Shown: positions 31,145 through 43,204 of the stretch, piece after piece
Numbering within the stretch: position 1 is the stretch's first letter
Layout: every line of letters starts with the position of its first letter
Assembly: GCA_963768675.1 (NCBI GenBank)
Contig: CAVYIV010000015.1
Coordinates: forward strand, 23,586 to 87,585
Origin: an uncultured Chloroflexia bacterium
GTDB lineage: Bacteria; Chloroflexota; Limnocylindria; Limnocylindrales; CSP1-4
DNA: 64,000 nt
Direction of reading: 5' to 3'
Notes under the pieces: model-generated
Databases searched by the model: none
Seen by the model: the letters and a program-made list of their open reading frames with translations, nothing else
Told to the model about the DNA's origin: nothing
Position numbers and translations under genes: made by a program

Positions 31145-32838
31145 ATGACGCAGATCGGCCGGACCCTCGTCGACCTCCTCGACGGAGCGGCGGCTCGCTA
31201 CGGCGAGCGGCCCGCGCTCGCGTTGCGCCGCGATGACGGTCAAACGGAGGCGTGGAGCTACCGCGAGCTCGACCGTCGGAGCCGGCTGGCCGCGTGGCGG
31301 CTCCGCTCCCGCGGGCTGCGACCGGGCGACCGGCTGCTGACATGGTCGGCATCCGGCCCCGAGCTTGCCGCCACCTACTTCGGGGCGATGCGGGCGGGTC
31401 TGATCCTCGTGCCGCTCGACCTGCGAATGGCTCCCGCCACCATCGCCCGGATCGCGGAACGTTCGGGGGCGGTGCAGCTCGCGGTCGGTTCCGGACGCGA
31501 CGCCCCGGACCCCGCGGGGGCGGACCTGGAGGCGATGCCGTCCGTCACGCTCGACGAGCTGTGCGCGGAGTCCGATGCCGCGTTCCCGGCGGACTGGGAG
31601 GCGACGCTGGAGACGTGGGCGCGCCCGGAGCCGGGCGACCCCTACCTGCTCGTCTTCACCTCGGGCACGACGGGCACGCCGAAGGGCGTGGTGCTGGCGC
31701 ACGAGAACACGCTGGCCGGCATCGACGGGTTCCACCAGCTGGTCCCGGACATGGACTACCGCGTCACCTCCGTGCTGCCGCTCGCCCACCTGTTCGAGCA
31801 GGCGATCGGGCTCTACCTGGTCCTCGACCTCGGTGCCGACATCGTGTACGTCCGGACCCGCAACCCACGGGTCATCCTCGAGTCGATCCGCGACCATCGG
31901 ACGACGGCGATGATCCTGGTGCCGCAACTGCTCGAGCTCTTCTGGTCGGCCGTCGAGCGCGAGGTCGAGCGACAGGGGCAGGCGGCCCAGTTCCGGCGCG
32001 CCCGGACGGTCGCCCGTCGCCTGCCGATGGCGGCCAGGCGCCTGCTCTTCCGCAGGATCCATCGGCAGCTCGGCGGGCACCTGCGGCTGCTCGTGTCGGC
32101 GGGGGCCTTCCTCCCGCCGGCCGTGCAGCAGGGATGGGAGGAGATCGGGATCGTCGTCATGCAGGGCTACGGCTCCACGGAGACCGGGTCGGGCACCTGC
32201 ACGACCTGGCGGGACCACCCGCCGCGGCACGGTTGGTCGCCCGGTGCCCGGGATGGAGCTTCGCATCGCGGCGGACGGCGAGATCCTGTTCCGGGGTCCG
32301 AGCGTCACCCGAGGGCTACTGGCGGGACCCGGCTGCGACCGCGGCCGTGTTCACGGAGGACGGCTTCTATCGCTCGGGCGACCTGGGGAGGCTCGACCAG
32401 CGCGGGCGGCTCGTCCTCCACGGCCGGAAGCGGGACATCATCGTCCTGCCGAACGGGCTCAACGTCTTCCCCGAGGACGTCGAGAACGCGCTCCACGTCG
32501 CCGGGGTCCGCGACTCGATCGTGCTCGAGACCGCGCCCGGACGGATCGAGGCGATCATCCTGGCCCCGCTGGCCGGGCAGGGCAGCGCCGGCGGGAGCGT
32601 CGATGGGTCGCCGGCCGGCGCGTTCGACGACGAGGCCACGGCCACGCGTGCCCGGGCGGAGACGGACGCCGCCGTGAAGGCCGCCAACGCGACCCTCGCC
32701 GTGAACGCCAGGGTCGCCGCCTGGCGGTTCTGGCCCGAGGCAGATTTCCCGCGCACGCTGACGCTCAAGGTCAAGCGCGACCAGGTCCGCGCCTGGGCGG
32801 CGGTCTCGGCGCCCCTCCCGGTGTCCGAGGGCTCGTAG
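31145..32838 (+). pseudogene. AMP-dependent synthetase/ligase (long-chain acyl-CoA synthetase-like), frame-interrupted as assembled (extra bases near 32225 and 32316)
   Basis: [12 protein letters not shown]...LLVFTSGTTGTPKGVVL...QGYGSTETG is in ORF 31013..32677. GTVGRPVPGMELRIAADGEILFRGPSVTRG is in ORF 32244..32978. YWRDPAATAAVFTEDGFYRSGDLG...LTLKVKR is in ORF 31252..32838. Length check: 1694-2=1692 nt. Confidence 0.85.
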
Positions 32839-32878
32839 CCGCACGCGTAGAACGTGGCAACCGGCGGCCGTACCGCGG

Positions 32879-33451
32879 TCACCCGGGTGGGATCGGCACC
32901 TCCGTGCCCACCGTGGCGATCGCGGCCGCCAGGTCGGCTGTCTTCGGGTCGGGTGACGACGCGGGCGACCAGGGGTAGAAGACGAGCGTCGCATCCACCT
33001 GGCGCAGCACGAAGCGGACATCGGGCGGGAACTGCACCCTTCCCGGCCCGCTCGTGATGTAGGCGGCCAGGTCGCGGGCCCCGTCCGCCGCGAGGGCGGC
33101 GCTCGGGAACGCATAGATCACGAAGAAACCGCCCGCCGGGTCGTCCGGGAGGAGCGCGTGGAACGGCCACCGGGCGACGGCGGCGAACGAGGGTGGCTCG
33201 GCCGGGCGGACCTCGGTCAGGGTGGGCTCCACGACCAGCCCCGTGGCGCGGGCGGCGCTCTCGAGCTGCCCGAGCGTCGCCTCGACGATGGCGGGGGCGG
33301 TCGGCTGCGCGGTTGCGAGCGCCTGGGACGTGGGCAGGACGGTCGCGGCGCCGCCACACCCAGCGAGCAGGGCGCCAGCGCCGACGAGGACGGCGGCGAG
33401 CGTCCGGCGGTCGATCGAAGGGACCCTGCTGGAACCGCGGCGGCTCGTCAT
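32879..33451 (-). CDS. hypothetical lipoprotein
   Basis: Signal peptide with lipobox (RRTLAAVLVGAGALLAGCGG). I recognised no family. ATG 33449-33451 overlaps the HIT gene stop (ATGA). Confidence 0.55.
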   Translation of the reverse strand: MTSRRGSSRVPSIDRRTLAAVLVGAGALLAGCGGAATVLPTSQALATAQPTAPAIVEATLGQLESAARATGLVVEPTLTEVRPAEPPSFAAVARWPFHALLPDDPAGGFFVIYAFPSAALAADGARDLAAYITSGPGRVQFPPDVRFVLRQVDATLVFYPWSPASSPDPKTADLAAAIATVGTEVPIPPG

Positions 33452-33795
33452 CCGGGCGGCCACTGCATGGCCCGGCCACCGAGCAGATGGAGATGCAGGT
33501 GGTTGACGGTCTGTCCGCCGTCGACGCCCGCGTTGACGACGAGCCGGTAGCCGCCGTCGGCGATCCCTGCGGACCGCGCGAGGTTCGCCGCGACCGCGAC
33601 GAGGCGCCCGACCAGGCGAGCGTCGAGATCGGTGAGGTCGAGCGCGGAGTCGATGTGCTCCCGCGGCACGAGCAGCAGGTGGACCGGCGCCGCCGGATGG
33701 ATGTCGCGGATCGCGACGATCAGCTCATCCTCGTGCACCTTCGTCGCCGGGATCTCCCCCGCGACGATCCGGCAGAACAGGCACTCGGTGCTCAC
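33448..33795 (-). CDS. HIT-family (histidine triad) nucleotide-binding protein
   Basis: Last 115 codons of the 1587-aa ORF-track entry: STECLFCRIVAGEIPA...GQTVNHLHLHLLGG (HxHxHxx). GTG 33793-33795 is preceded by GGAGGT. Confidence 0.88.
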   Translation of the reverse strand: MSTECLFCRIVAGEIPATKVHEDELIVAIRDIHPAAPVHLLLVPREHIDSALDLTDLDARLVGRLVAVAANLARSAGIADGGYRLVVNAGVDGGQTVNHLHLHLLGGRAMQWPPG

Positions 33796-33928
33796 GCAGG
33801 ACCTCCGCTGAAGGGGACGTGGGTCTCCGGGCCACCAACCCCGGGGCCGAAGCGTACGACGGCTTCCGCGCCGGCGGTGCCTGCCGATCGTGCGGGCAAC
33901 GGCGGAAGACGCTCGAGCAGGCGGCCGA

Positions 33929-35340
33929 TCACGCGGCCCGGGTCGGACGGATCGACGCGCTCGACGCCACGCGTGCGAGCTCCCCGGCGAGGGCGACCGC
34001 ATCGCCGGGTGGCACGGCGCGCACGAGGATGTTGTCCTCGGCATGCCCGGTCCAGCCGCCGGCCGGGTCGCGCTGCTCGAACAGCACGCGTCGCTCCTCC
34101 CCGATCGCGCGCGCAGCAAAGGTCCGCCGCGCCTCCGCGGCAAGCACCAGGAGCTCGGCGGCGCGGGCCCGACGCACGGGTTCCGGTACGTGGCCGGCCA
34201 TCCGCGCGGCGCGCGTGCCGGGCCGCTCCGAATAGCGGAAGACGTGGATCCCGGCGAGGTCGAGCGAGCGCACGAACGCGAGCGAGCGGTTCCAGGCCGC
34301 GTCATCCTCGGTCGGAAAGCCGACGATCGCGTCGGCATGGACGGCGGCCCCGGGGAAGACGGAGCGGATCCGCGCCACGACCGCCGCGTAGCGGGCCGTG
34401 TCGTAGCGACGGCCCATCCGTCGGAACACCCCGTCGTCGCCCGACTGGAGCGGCAGGTGGAAGTGCGGCAGGCAGCGTCCGGCACCCTCCCATCGCCAGG
34501 CCTCGAGCAGATCGTCATCGACGTGCTGCGGCTCGATCGAGGAGAGCCGGATGCGTTCGACGTCGGTCTCGGCAAGGATCCGCCGGACCAGCGCCGGCCA
34601 GCGTGGCCGCGCTGCGGGCGTGCGCGCCACGAGCGCCCCGTTCGGACCAGCCACCGTCGTACGTGCCAATGTTGATCCCGGTCAGGACGATCTCGCGATG
34701 CCCGGCGGCAAGCGCCCGGCGGACCTCGGCGAGCACGGCATCGGGGGCGATCGACCGTTCCGGGCCGCGTGCCCGGGGGATGATGCAGTAGGTGCAGTGG
34801 AACGAGCAGCCGTCCTGCACCTTCACGAACGCGCGCGTCCTGTCGATACGGGCCGCGGCGTCCTCTCCCAGCGTGACCTCGACACCACCGAGCGTGGGAA
34901 GCGCCGCCTCGACGCGCGCCCGGGACGCGGCGCCGGATCCGTCCGCGGGGATGGGCGGAAGAGCCGAGCAGCCGCTCGATCTCGGCGCCGGATCCGTCGG
35001 CGGCGAGGTTCGTCGCGAGCAGCGCGCGAGGATCCTCGTGCGCGAACCCGGCCGGGTCCAGCGCGACGGCGCAGCCGGTGACGACGAGCGTCGCATCCGG
35101 GCTGGTGCGCCGGGCCCGACGGAGCGCCTTGCGCGACTTGTCATCCGCAACGGCGGTCACGCTGCACGTGTTGAGGACGTGAAGATCGACGGGGGTGCCC
35201 TCCGCCACGAGATCGATCCCGCGAGCCTGCAGGAATCGCGCGACGGCTTCCATCTCGGCCTGGTTCACCTTGCACCCGAGGTTCGTGATCGAGGCCCGCC
35301 GGACCGGTCGCGGGCTGCTCGAAACTAACTGGGCGACCAT
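33929..35340 (-). pseudogene. mtaB: tRNA t6A37 methylthiotransferase MtaB (radical SAM), frame-interrupted as assembled (extra bases near 34962 and 34592)
   Basis: The N-terminal MTTase domain (ITNLGCKVNQAEMEA...LNTCSVT) is in the 33448..38211 frame. The radical-SAM CSFHCTYCIIP segment is in ORF 34515..35150. The C-terminus (RIRLSSIEPQHV...FPTEDD...TRAM-like) is in ORF 33929..34669. Length check: 1412-2=1410 nt. Confidence 0.85.
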
Positions 35341-35363
35341 GGCGCGCGTGTGCCCGGCCGGGG

Positions 35364-36363
35364 TCAGCCTGCGGGGCGTTCGGCATCGAGGGCAACCCAG
35401 TCGCCCTCGACTTCGCGGCCAAGGATCGCGAGGCCGGCGCCCGCGAAGGCCGAGCGGACGTCCGGCTCGCGGTCGACGAAGATCCCGGAGCGCCAGCAGG
35501 CGGCCGCCCGGCCGCAGCTCGGCGCGGAGCGCCGGCGCGAGGGCGACGAGCACGGACGCGATGAGGTTCGCCGCGACCAGGTCGAACGGGCCCGCGCCCG
35601 ACGGCAGCGAGCCCTGCCACGCCCGGATGCGCCGGGCGAGGCGATTGCGCCGGGCGTTCGCGAGCGTCGCCTCGATCGCGAGCGGGTCCGTGTCCACCCC
35701 TACGAGCTCGCCGGCGCCGAGGAGTCCCGCCGCCAGCGCGAGCACGCCGGACCCGCAGCCGACGTCGAGAAACCGGGCGCTCCCGCTCGGCGCGGCCCCG
35801 CGGGCGAGAATGCCGTCGTCCGCCCAGCGCTCGATCCCGGCGAGACAGAGCCGCGTTGTCGGGTGGAGACCCGTGCCAAACGCCATCCCGGGGTCCATCG
35901 CGATCACGATGTCCCCGGGCCGCCTTCGGTGGCGCCGCCAGGTCGGCCGGATCACGATCCGGCGCCCGATGCGCAGCACATGGAAATGCCGCTTCCAGGC
36001 GCTCGCCCAGTCGGACTCGTGGACCACGGCAGTGGCGAGCTCGCCGATGTCGCGGAGGCCGAAGGCGGTGAGGTGCCCGAGCGCGCGCTCCGCCGTGGCG
36101 ACGGCAGCCCGGACCACCAATGGGTCCCGGGCGGGCAGGTAGCCGCGCACGGTCGCGGCCTGGGATGGGTCAGCGATCGCGCCGAGGCCTTCGTCGGTCA
36201 GCCTGAACCCGGGCGCGACGCTCACTCCTCCCGGCGCGACCCGGGAGAGGATCTCGCTCACCGCCTCCACGGCCTCCGGATCGCAGGTCACCGCCAACTC
36301 GAGCCACGTGTCGTCGCCGACGAGCCCGTCCGCCGCAGGATCGGCGGCGAACGCCCCGATCAC
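35364..36363 (-). pseudogene. prmA: ribosomal protein L11 methyltransferase PrmA, frame-interrupted as assembled (extra base near 35490)
   Basis: MDPGMAFGTGLHPTT and the SAM motif FLDVGCGSGVLALAAG are in the 33448..38211 frame. The C-terminus SGIFVDREPDVRSAF...ALDAERPAG* is in the next frame (stop at 35364-35366). The GTG start overlaps the dnaJ stop (GTGA). Length check: 1000-1=999 nt. Confidence 0.85.
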
Positions 36364-37487
36364 CCCAGCGCCTCCTTGAGACGGTCGAGGACGCCGGTCT
36401 TGCCGGTGCCGAGCCCGGTCTCGCCCGAGGCGGCCGCGAACGCCTCCAAGGCCTCGCGCTGCTCCTTCGTGAGCTTCGTGGGGATCCTGACGTCGACGAG
36501 GACGTGAAGATCGCCGCGCGCACCGGCACGCCGCAAATGGGGTGCGCCACGGCCGCGGAGGCGGATCTCCGTCCCCGGCTGGGTACCCGGCTTGATCTCG
36601 ACGTCCTCTTCGCCGTCCGCGGTCGGCACCCGCACCGTCGTCCCGAGCGTCGCCTGGGCGATCGACAGCGAGAGATCGTGGAAGAGCTCCGTCCCTTCGC
36701 GCTTGAGCGACGGGTGGGGCGTCACGTGGATCGCGACGTACAGGCTTCCCGGCAGGCCACCCCGCGGCCCGACTTCGCCCTCCGCCGCGAGGCGGATCTG
36801 GTGGCCGTCGTCGATGCCGGCCGGCACGCTGACGCGGAGCCTCTTGGTCCGTTCCCGCCGCCCTTCGCCCCCGCACGCGTCGCAGGGCGCCTCGACGACC
36901 TTGCCCTCGCCGCGGCAACGAGGGCAGGCCACCACGTTGACCATCTGGCCCAGCATGGTCTGGCGGACGTGTCGGATCTCGCCTCGACCCTGGCACTGGG
37001 GACACATGGTGGCGGTCGAGCCGGGCTTCGCCCCGCTCCCCGAGCAGGTGGCACAGCGGTCGAGGACGGGAAACTCGATCTCCTTCTCCGTGCCGCGGAT
37101 CGATTCCTCGAAGCTGATCCGCATGTCGTAGCGGAGATCCGAGCCGGCCGCGGCCCGGCCGCGGCGCGCGCCTCCGGCGCCCGCCGCCGTTCCGCCGAAG
37201 AACGCATCGAAGATGTCCGAGAAGCCGCCGAACCCTTGCTGCGCCCCGAACCCGCCGGACCCGTTCACACCGGCCATCCCGAACATGTCGTAGGCCTGCC
37301 GGCGCTGCGGATCCGACAGCACCTGGTACGACTCGTTGATCTCCTTGAAGCGCTCGTCCGCCTCCGGGTCGCGGTTGACATCCGGGTGCCATTGCTGGGC
37401 GAGCTTCCGGAAAGCCCGCTTGATCTCCGCGTCCGTCGCCGTGCGGGGAACGCCAAGGATCGAGTAGTAGTCGCGTTCGGTGGCCAT
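36360..37487 (-). CDS. dnaJ: molecular chaperone DnaJ
   Basis: J domain (DYYSILGV...HPDVN), G/F region, and four CxxCxGxG zinc motifs (CATCSGSG, CPQCQGRG, CPRCRGEG, CDACGGEG). Confidence 0.95.
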   Translation of the reverse strand: MATERDYYSILGVPRTATDAEIKRAFRKLAQQWHPDVNRDPEADERFKEINESYQVLSDPQRRQAYDMFGMAGVNGSGGFGAQQGFGGFSDIFDAFFGGTAAGAGGARRGRAAAGSDLRYDMRISFEESIRGTEKEIEFPVLDRCATCSGSGAKPGSTATMCPQCQGRGEIRHVRQTMLGQMVNVVACPRCRGEGKVVEAPCDACGGEGRRERTKRLRVSVPAGIDDGHQIRLAAEGEVGPRGGLPGSLYVAIHVTPHPSLKREGTELFHDLSLSIAQATLGTTVRVPTADGEEDVEIKPGTQPGTEIRLRGRGAPHLRRAGARGDLHVLVDVRIPTKLTKEQREALEAFAAASGETGLGTGKTGVLDRLKEALG

Positions 37488-37574
37488 GCGCCCGCCAGTC
37501 TACGGGAGGTTCGCGATCGGGCGCCCGCGCCCCCGTGGAGGCCGGGCCGCAGCGGACCGGCACCTGCCCGGGGA

Positions 37575-38513
37575 TCAGCGCGAGGGGTGGTCCTCGATGA
37601 CAAGCGGCGAGGCGCCCTCCGTGTCCCTCGCCTTCGACCCGGGTGCCCTCGGGGCCGCCTGGCCGGGGGCGCCGGTGGTAGGCGGGGAGGCCTCCTCCCG
37701 GGCGACCACCGCCGCGGCGATCCCGACTCCGGCCCCGGCGAGAGCCGCCCCGACGATGCCGGACGTGTTGAGGTACTGAGCGGTGACGATCGGGGCGCGA
37801 GCGGTGAGGTACTTGGCGTACTTCGCGTATTCCTTGCTGACGCCGCCGCCGAGGATGATCAGGTCGGGCCAGAACCAGCGCTCCAGAAGGGCCATGTACT
37901 CGCTGAACTCCCGGCCCCACTTCCGCCAGCCGACCCCGCGCCGCTCGCGGGCGGCTCCCGAGACCAGGGTCTCGGCGTCCTTCCCCCGGTAGGTCACGTG
38001 CCCGAACTCGGTCGAGTCCAGGAGCCGGCCGTCGATGAAGAGCGCGCTCCCGATGCCGGTCCCGATGGTGAGAAGGAGGACCGTGCCCGGCACGCCCCGC
38101 GCCGCCCCGAATGTCGCCTCGGCGAGGCCGGCCGCATCGGCGTCGTTCACGAGGCGCACCGGCCGGTCGAGGCGGGCCATGAGCATCGCCTCGGCGGGCG
38201 CGTCGATCCACGACTTGTCGATGTTTGCTGCGGTCATCAGGCGCCCTGACTTCACCACACCCGGCAGGCCCGCCCCTGCCGGCATGCCCGAGGCGACATG
38301 CCCGTCGGCCACGAGCTGGTCCACGATCCCGCCGACCGCCGCGACGATGGCCTCCGGGGTCGCCGGCTGCGGCGTCTTGACCCGGAGCCGGGGAGAAGCA
38401 AGCTCTCCGGTGACCAAGTCGACGACGGCGGCCTTCACACCGGTTCCGCCGACATCGATGCCGATCGCGGTCCGGGGGGCGGCTGGTTCGGGGCGCTTGG
38501 CTCGAGGGCTCAT
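37575..38513 (-). CDS. ppgK: polyphosphate glucokinase (ROK family)
   Basis: Lower 312 codons of ORF 37575..39326: IGIDVGGTGVKAAVVDL...NDADAAGLAE...TIGTGIGSAL...FGHV...ILGGGVSK. ATG at 38511-38513. There is a roughly 45-aa low-complexity C-terminal tail. Confidence 0.88.
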   Translation of the reverse strand: MSPRAKRPEPAAPRTAIGIDVGGTGVKAAVVDLVTGELASPRLRVKTPQPATPEAIVAAVGGIVDQLVADGHVASGMPAGAGLPGVVKSGRLMTAANIDKSWIDAPAEAMLMARLDRPVRLVNDADAAGLAEATFGAARGVPGTVLLLTIGTGIGSALFIDGRLLDSTEFGHVTYRGKDAETLVSGAARERRGVGWRKWGREFSEYMALLERWFWPDLIILGGGVSKEYAKYAKYLTARAPIVTAQYLNTSGIVGAALAGAGVGIAAAVVAREEASPPTTGAPGQAAPRAPGSKARDTEGASPLVIEDHPSR

Positions 38514-39421
38514 TCCGTCGCAGGATACGCTGGGGATCGGCGGTCCGCTGGCCCGTGCCGGGGTCGTCGGCCGCGCGCCGGCCACGGCGGCGACGCGCGG
38601 GCCGTCCCGCGGGGCCACGCTATCTTCAGGAGCATCCGGTCGAGCCGCCGCGCGGTGACCGCGAGGCCGAGCATGCCCATCGCCGCGAGGTACACCACGT
38701 GGATGAGCATGCCGGGCCCGACGGACCCCGTCGTCAGGCTCCTGATCAGGTCCACGCCGTGGTAGAGCGGCGTCAGCTCGACGAGCAGGCGCAGCGCGTC
38801 GGGGTAGGTGGTGAGCGGCTAGAAGGTCGCCGAGAACAGGAAGAGCGGCAGGATGACGAGCTGGACCATGTCCATGTCCTGCCACGTCCGCATGAACGTG
38901 GTCGCGGCCATCCCGGCCCCGGCGAACGCGAAACCGATGAGGATCGCGGCCGGGATCGCCAGGACCGCCAGGGGGCTCCGGACGAACCCCAGCACGAACA
39001 TCACGAGCAGGAACGTCGTCGCGTAGATGGCGCCGCGGATCAGGGCCCAGCCGATCTCGCCCAACGCCACGTCGCCAGGACCGATCGGGGTGGCGAGGAT
39101 CGAATCGTAGGTCCGCGCCTCGCGCAGCTTGTAGAAGACGTTCATCGTCGAGTCGTAGATCGCACCGTTCATCGCCGACGACGCCATCAGGGCGGGTGCG
39201 ACGAACACCGTGTAGGGCACGTCCCGGCCACCGAACGGAACGGCGCCGATGAGAGCGCCGAGGCCGAGGCCGATCGAGAGCAGGTACAGAAGCGGCTCGA
39301 AGAAGCCCGAGACGATGACCATCCACGTGCGCCGGTAGACGAGGACGTTGCGCTCGATGAGGCGGCCCGCGCGGCGGCCACCGAACCGGACTGCGCCCCG
39401 GAGTCGCACCAGGCTGCTCAC
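38510..39421 (-). pseudogene. ABC-2-type transporter permease (second permease), with an in-frame TAG at 38819-38821
   Basis: ORF 38819..39925 (...LVILPLFLFSATF*) and ORF 38510..38755 are in the same frame. The text continues as PLTTYPDALRLLVELTPLYHGVDLIRSL..., which matches the paralog's LFLFSGTFFPVSQLPGFLQPVAYATPLWHGVDLCRTL. The GTG start overlaps the upstream stop (GTGA at 39418-39421). The 3' end is uncertain: it could be near 38625, or 38510 with an ATGA overlap onto ppgK. Confidence 0.75.
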
Positions 39422-40212
39422 GATCGCAACCGGCGCCGCAGCGCGAAGGACGCGAGCAGAAGACCCAGGCCCGCGACCCCGACGAGGTACGCGACGTGGA
39501 TCAGCACGCCGCCTGGGGTCGCCGTCCCAAGGGCGAGCGTTCGGCACAGGTCGACGCCGTGCCAGAGCGGCGTGGCGTACGCCACGGGCTGCAGGAAGCC
39601 GGGCAGCTGGCTGACGGGAAAGAACGTCCCGGAGAACAGGAAGAGCGGGATCACCCCGAAACGGAAGAGACCGTTGAATCCGCCGGGGTTCTTCTGGCTC
39701 GCCGAGTAGGCGATGATCGGGGTCACGAAGGCAAGGCCGGTGAGCATCGCCGCCGGGATGGCAAGGATCGCCTGGGGACCCCCGGCCGCTCCGAAGACGG
39801 TCATCACCCCGAAGAACACGCTGGTCGCGAGCGCCAGGCGCAGCGAGATGTAGATCAGCTTGCCGGCGAGGATGTCGCTGACGCGGATCGGCGTCGCGAG
39901 CATGCCCAGGAACGCCCGGTCCCAAAGGATGCCACCCATGATGGGGAACGTCGCCTCGCCAGCGGCAATCTGCTTCGCGGTCGACGCGAGCAGCCCGGGC
40001 GCCAGAAACGCGAGATAGCTCACGCCGCCGAGAACGGCCACGGACCCCGCGGGGCCCGCGCGGCTGGACGCGACGTATCCGCCCAGCCCGACACCCATCG
40101 CGGCCAGGTAGAGGGTCGGGTTCAGGAAGGAGCTAACGAGCGTGCCCCGGAACGCGCGCCGGTACTTCAGCAGCTCGTGCTCGAGCACGCGGACCGCGGG
40201 CGGCGTGCTCAT
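39418..40212 (-). CDS. ABC-2-type transporter permease (first permease)
   Basis: 264 aa with about six hydrophobic segments and ABC-2 (NodJ/DrrB-like) layout. It is a paralog of the downstream permease. Confidence 0.85.
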   Translation of the reverse strand: MSTPPAVRVLEHELLKYRRAFRGTLVSSFLNPTLYLAAMGVGLGGYVASSRAGPAGSVAVLGGVSYLAFLAPGLLASTAKQIAAGEATFPIMGGILWDRAFLGMLATPIRVSDILAGKLIYISLRLALATSVFFGVMTVFGAAGGPQAILAIPAAMLTGLAFVTPIIAYSASQKNPGGFNGLFRFGVIPLFLFSGTFFPVSQLPGFLQPVAYATPLWHGVDLCRTLALGTATPGGVLIHVAYLVGVAGLGLLLASFALRRRLRS

Positions 40213-40219
40213 CGCAGCT

Positions 40220-41158
40220 TCAGTCGATCAGGCTCCGGCCCGTCAACCGCAGGAAGACGTCCTCCAGCGAGGACCGCCGGACAAGGCTCATCTCCGGCCG
40301 CAGGCCGCGTTCGTGGGCAACGGCCGCGGCAGCGTCGCCGTCTTCCGTGTAGACGAGGACGCGATCGGGCAGCCGGTCGACCCGGTCCCCGAGTCCGTCG
40401 AGCGCACCGTCGAGTGTCTCCTGGACACCCACCGGGAAGCGCATCTCAAGGACCTCCCGGCTGCTGTGCTGCTCGATGAGCTGGCGCGGCGAGCCCTGGG
40501 CCACGATCCTCGCCTTGTCCATCACCACAAGACGATCGCAGAGCTGCTCGGCCTCGTCCATGTAGTGCGTGGTGAGGACCAGCGTCACGCCCTTCTGCTT
40601 GAGCCGGTAGAGCCGGTCCCAGAGGAGATGCCTGGCCTGCGGGTCCAGGCCCGTGGTCGGCTCGTCGAGGAGGAGCAGGTCCGGCTCGTTGATCAAGCTC
40701 CGGGCGATCGTCAGGCGTCGCTTCATCCCCCCGGAGAGCGGCTCGACCTGGTCGCGCGCCCGCTCGCTGAGCTGGACGAAGTCGAGGAGCTCGGCGACGC
40801 GCTTCCGGATGACGTCCCGAGGGAGGTCGAAGTAACGGCCGTAGATCGCGAGGTTGTCCGATACCGTCAGCTCCCCGTCGAGCGTGTCCTGCTGGGGCAC
40901 GACTCCCAGGCGCGTACGGATCCGGGGCCCATCGGTTCGCGGGTTCATCCCCAGGACGGACAGCTCTCCGTCCGAGACGGGCGAGACGCACCCGATCATC
41001 CGCATCGCGGACGTCTTGCCGGCGCCGTTGGGCCCCAGGAAGCCGAACGACTCGCCGGACGCCACGTCGAAGTCGATCGCGTCGACCGCGGTGAGCGCCC
41101 CGAAACGCTTGGTCAGCGCACGGGCACGGATGAGCGGTGGCGTCGACGCAGCGGCCAT
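40220..41158 (-). CDS. ABC transporter ATP-binding protein (ABC-2/DrrA-NodI-like)
   Basis: Walker A GFLGPNGAGKTS, signature LSGGMKRRL, Walker B LLLLDEPT. Start at ATG 41156-41158 (MAAASTPPLIRARAL). The ORF-track N-terminus is Arg-rich read-through. Confidence 0.9.
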   Translation of the reverse strand: MAAASTPPLIRARALTKRFGALTAVDAIDFDVASGESFGFLGPNGAGKTSAMRMIGCVSPVSDGELSVLGMNPRTDGPRIRTRLGVVPQQDTLDGELTVSDNLAIYGRYFDLPRDVIRKRVAELLDFVQLSERARDQVEPLSGGMKRRLTIARSLINEPDLLLLDEPTTGLDPQARHLLWDRLYRLKQKGVTLVLTTHYMDEAEQLCDRLVVMDKARIVAQGSPRQLIEQHSSREVLEMRFPVGVQETLDGALDGLGDRVDRLPDRVLVYTEDGDAAAAVAHERGLRPEMSLVRRSSLEDVFLRLTGRSLID

Positions 41159-41225
41159 GGGCGCCGAGTGTACCGGCTGCCTCCGGGCGGAGGCGGCCGG
41201 TTGCGCACGCCGGCGGCCGCCGGGA

Positions 41226-43187
<1,962 letters not shown>

Positions 43188-43204
43188 TTAGGGTGGTTGG
43201 GTGG

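Noticed and set aside
33448-38211. 1587-aa ORF in the track, apparently a giant protein
   Set aside because: It is a read-through artefact of stop-poor GC-rich DNA. Only parts of it read as real proteins (HIT, the MtaB N-terminus, most of PrmA). Across dnaJ and ppgK it runs in a non-coding alternative frame of Arg/Gly/Pro-rich text.
38819-38821. TAG read as pyrrolysine or another recoded amino acid
   Set aside because: No pyl genes or other recoding signals are visible. TAG is used as an ordinary stop elsewhere in the window (ahcY, rpsT). The paralog has an aromatic residue at this position, which fits a simple point change.
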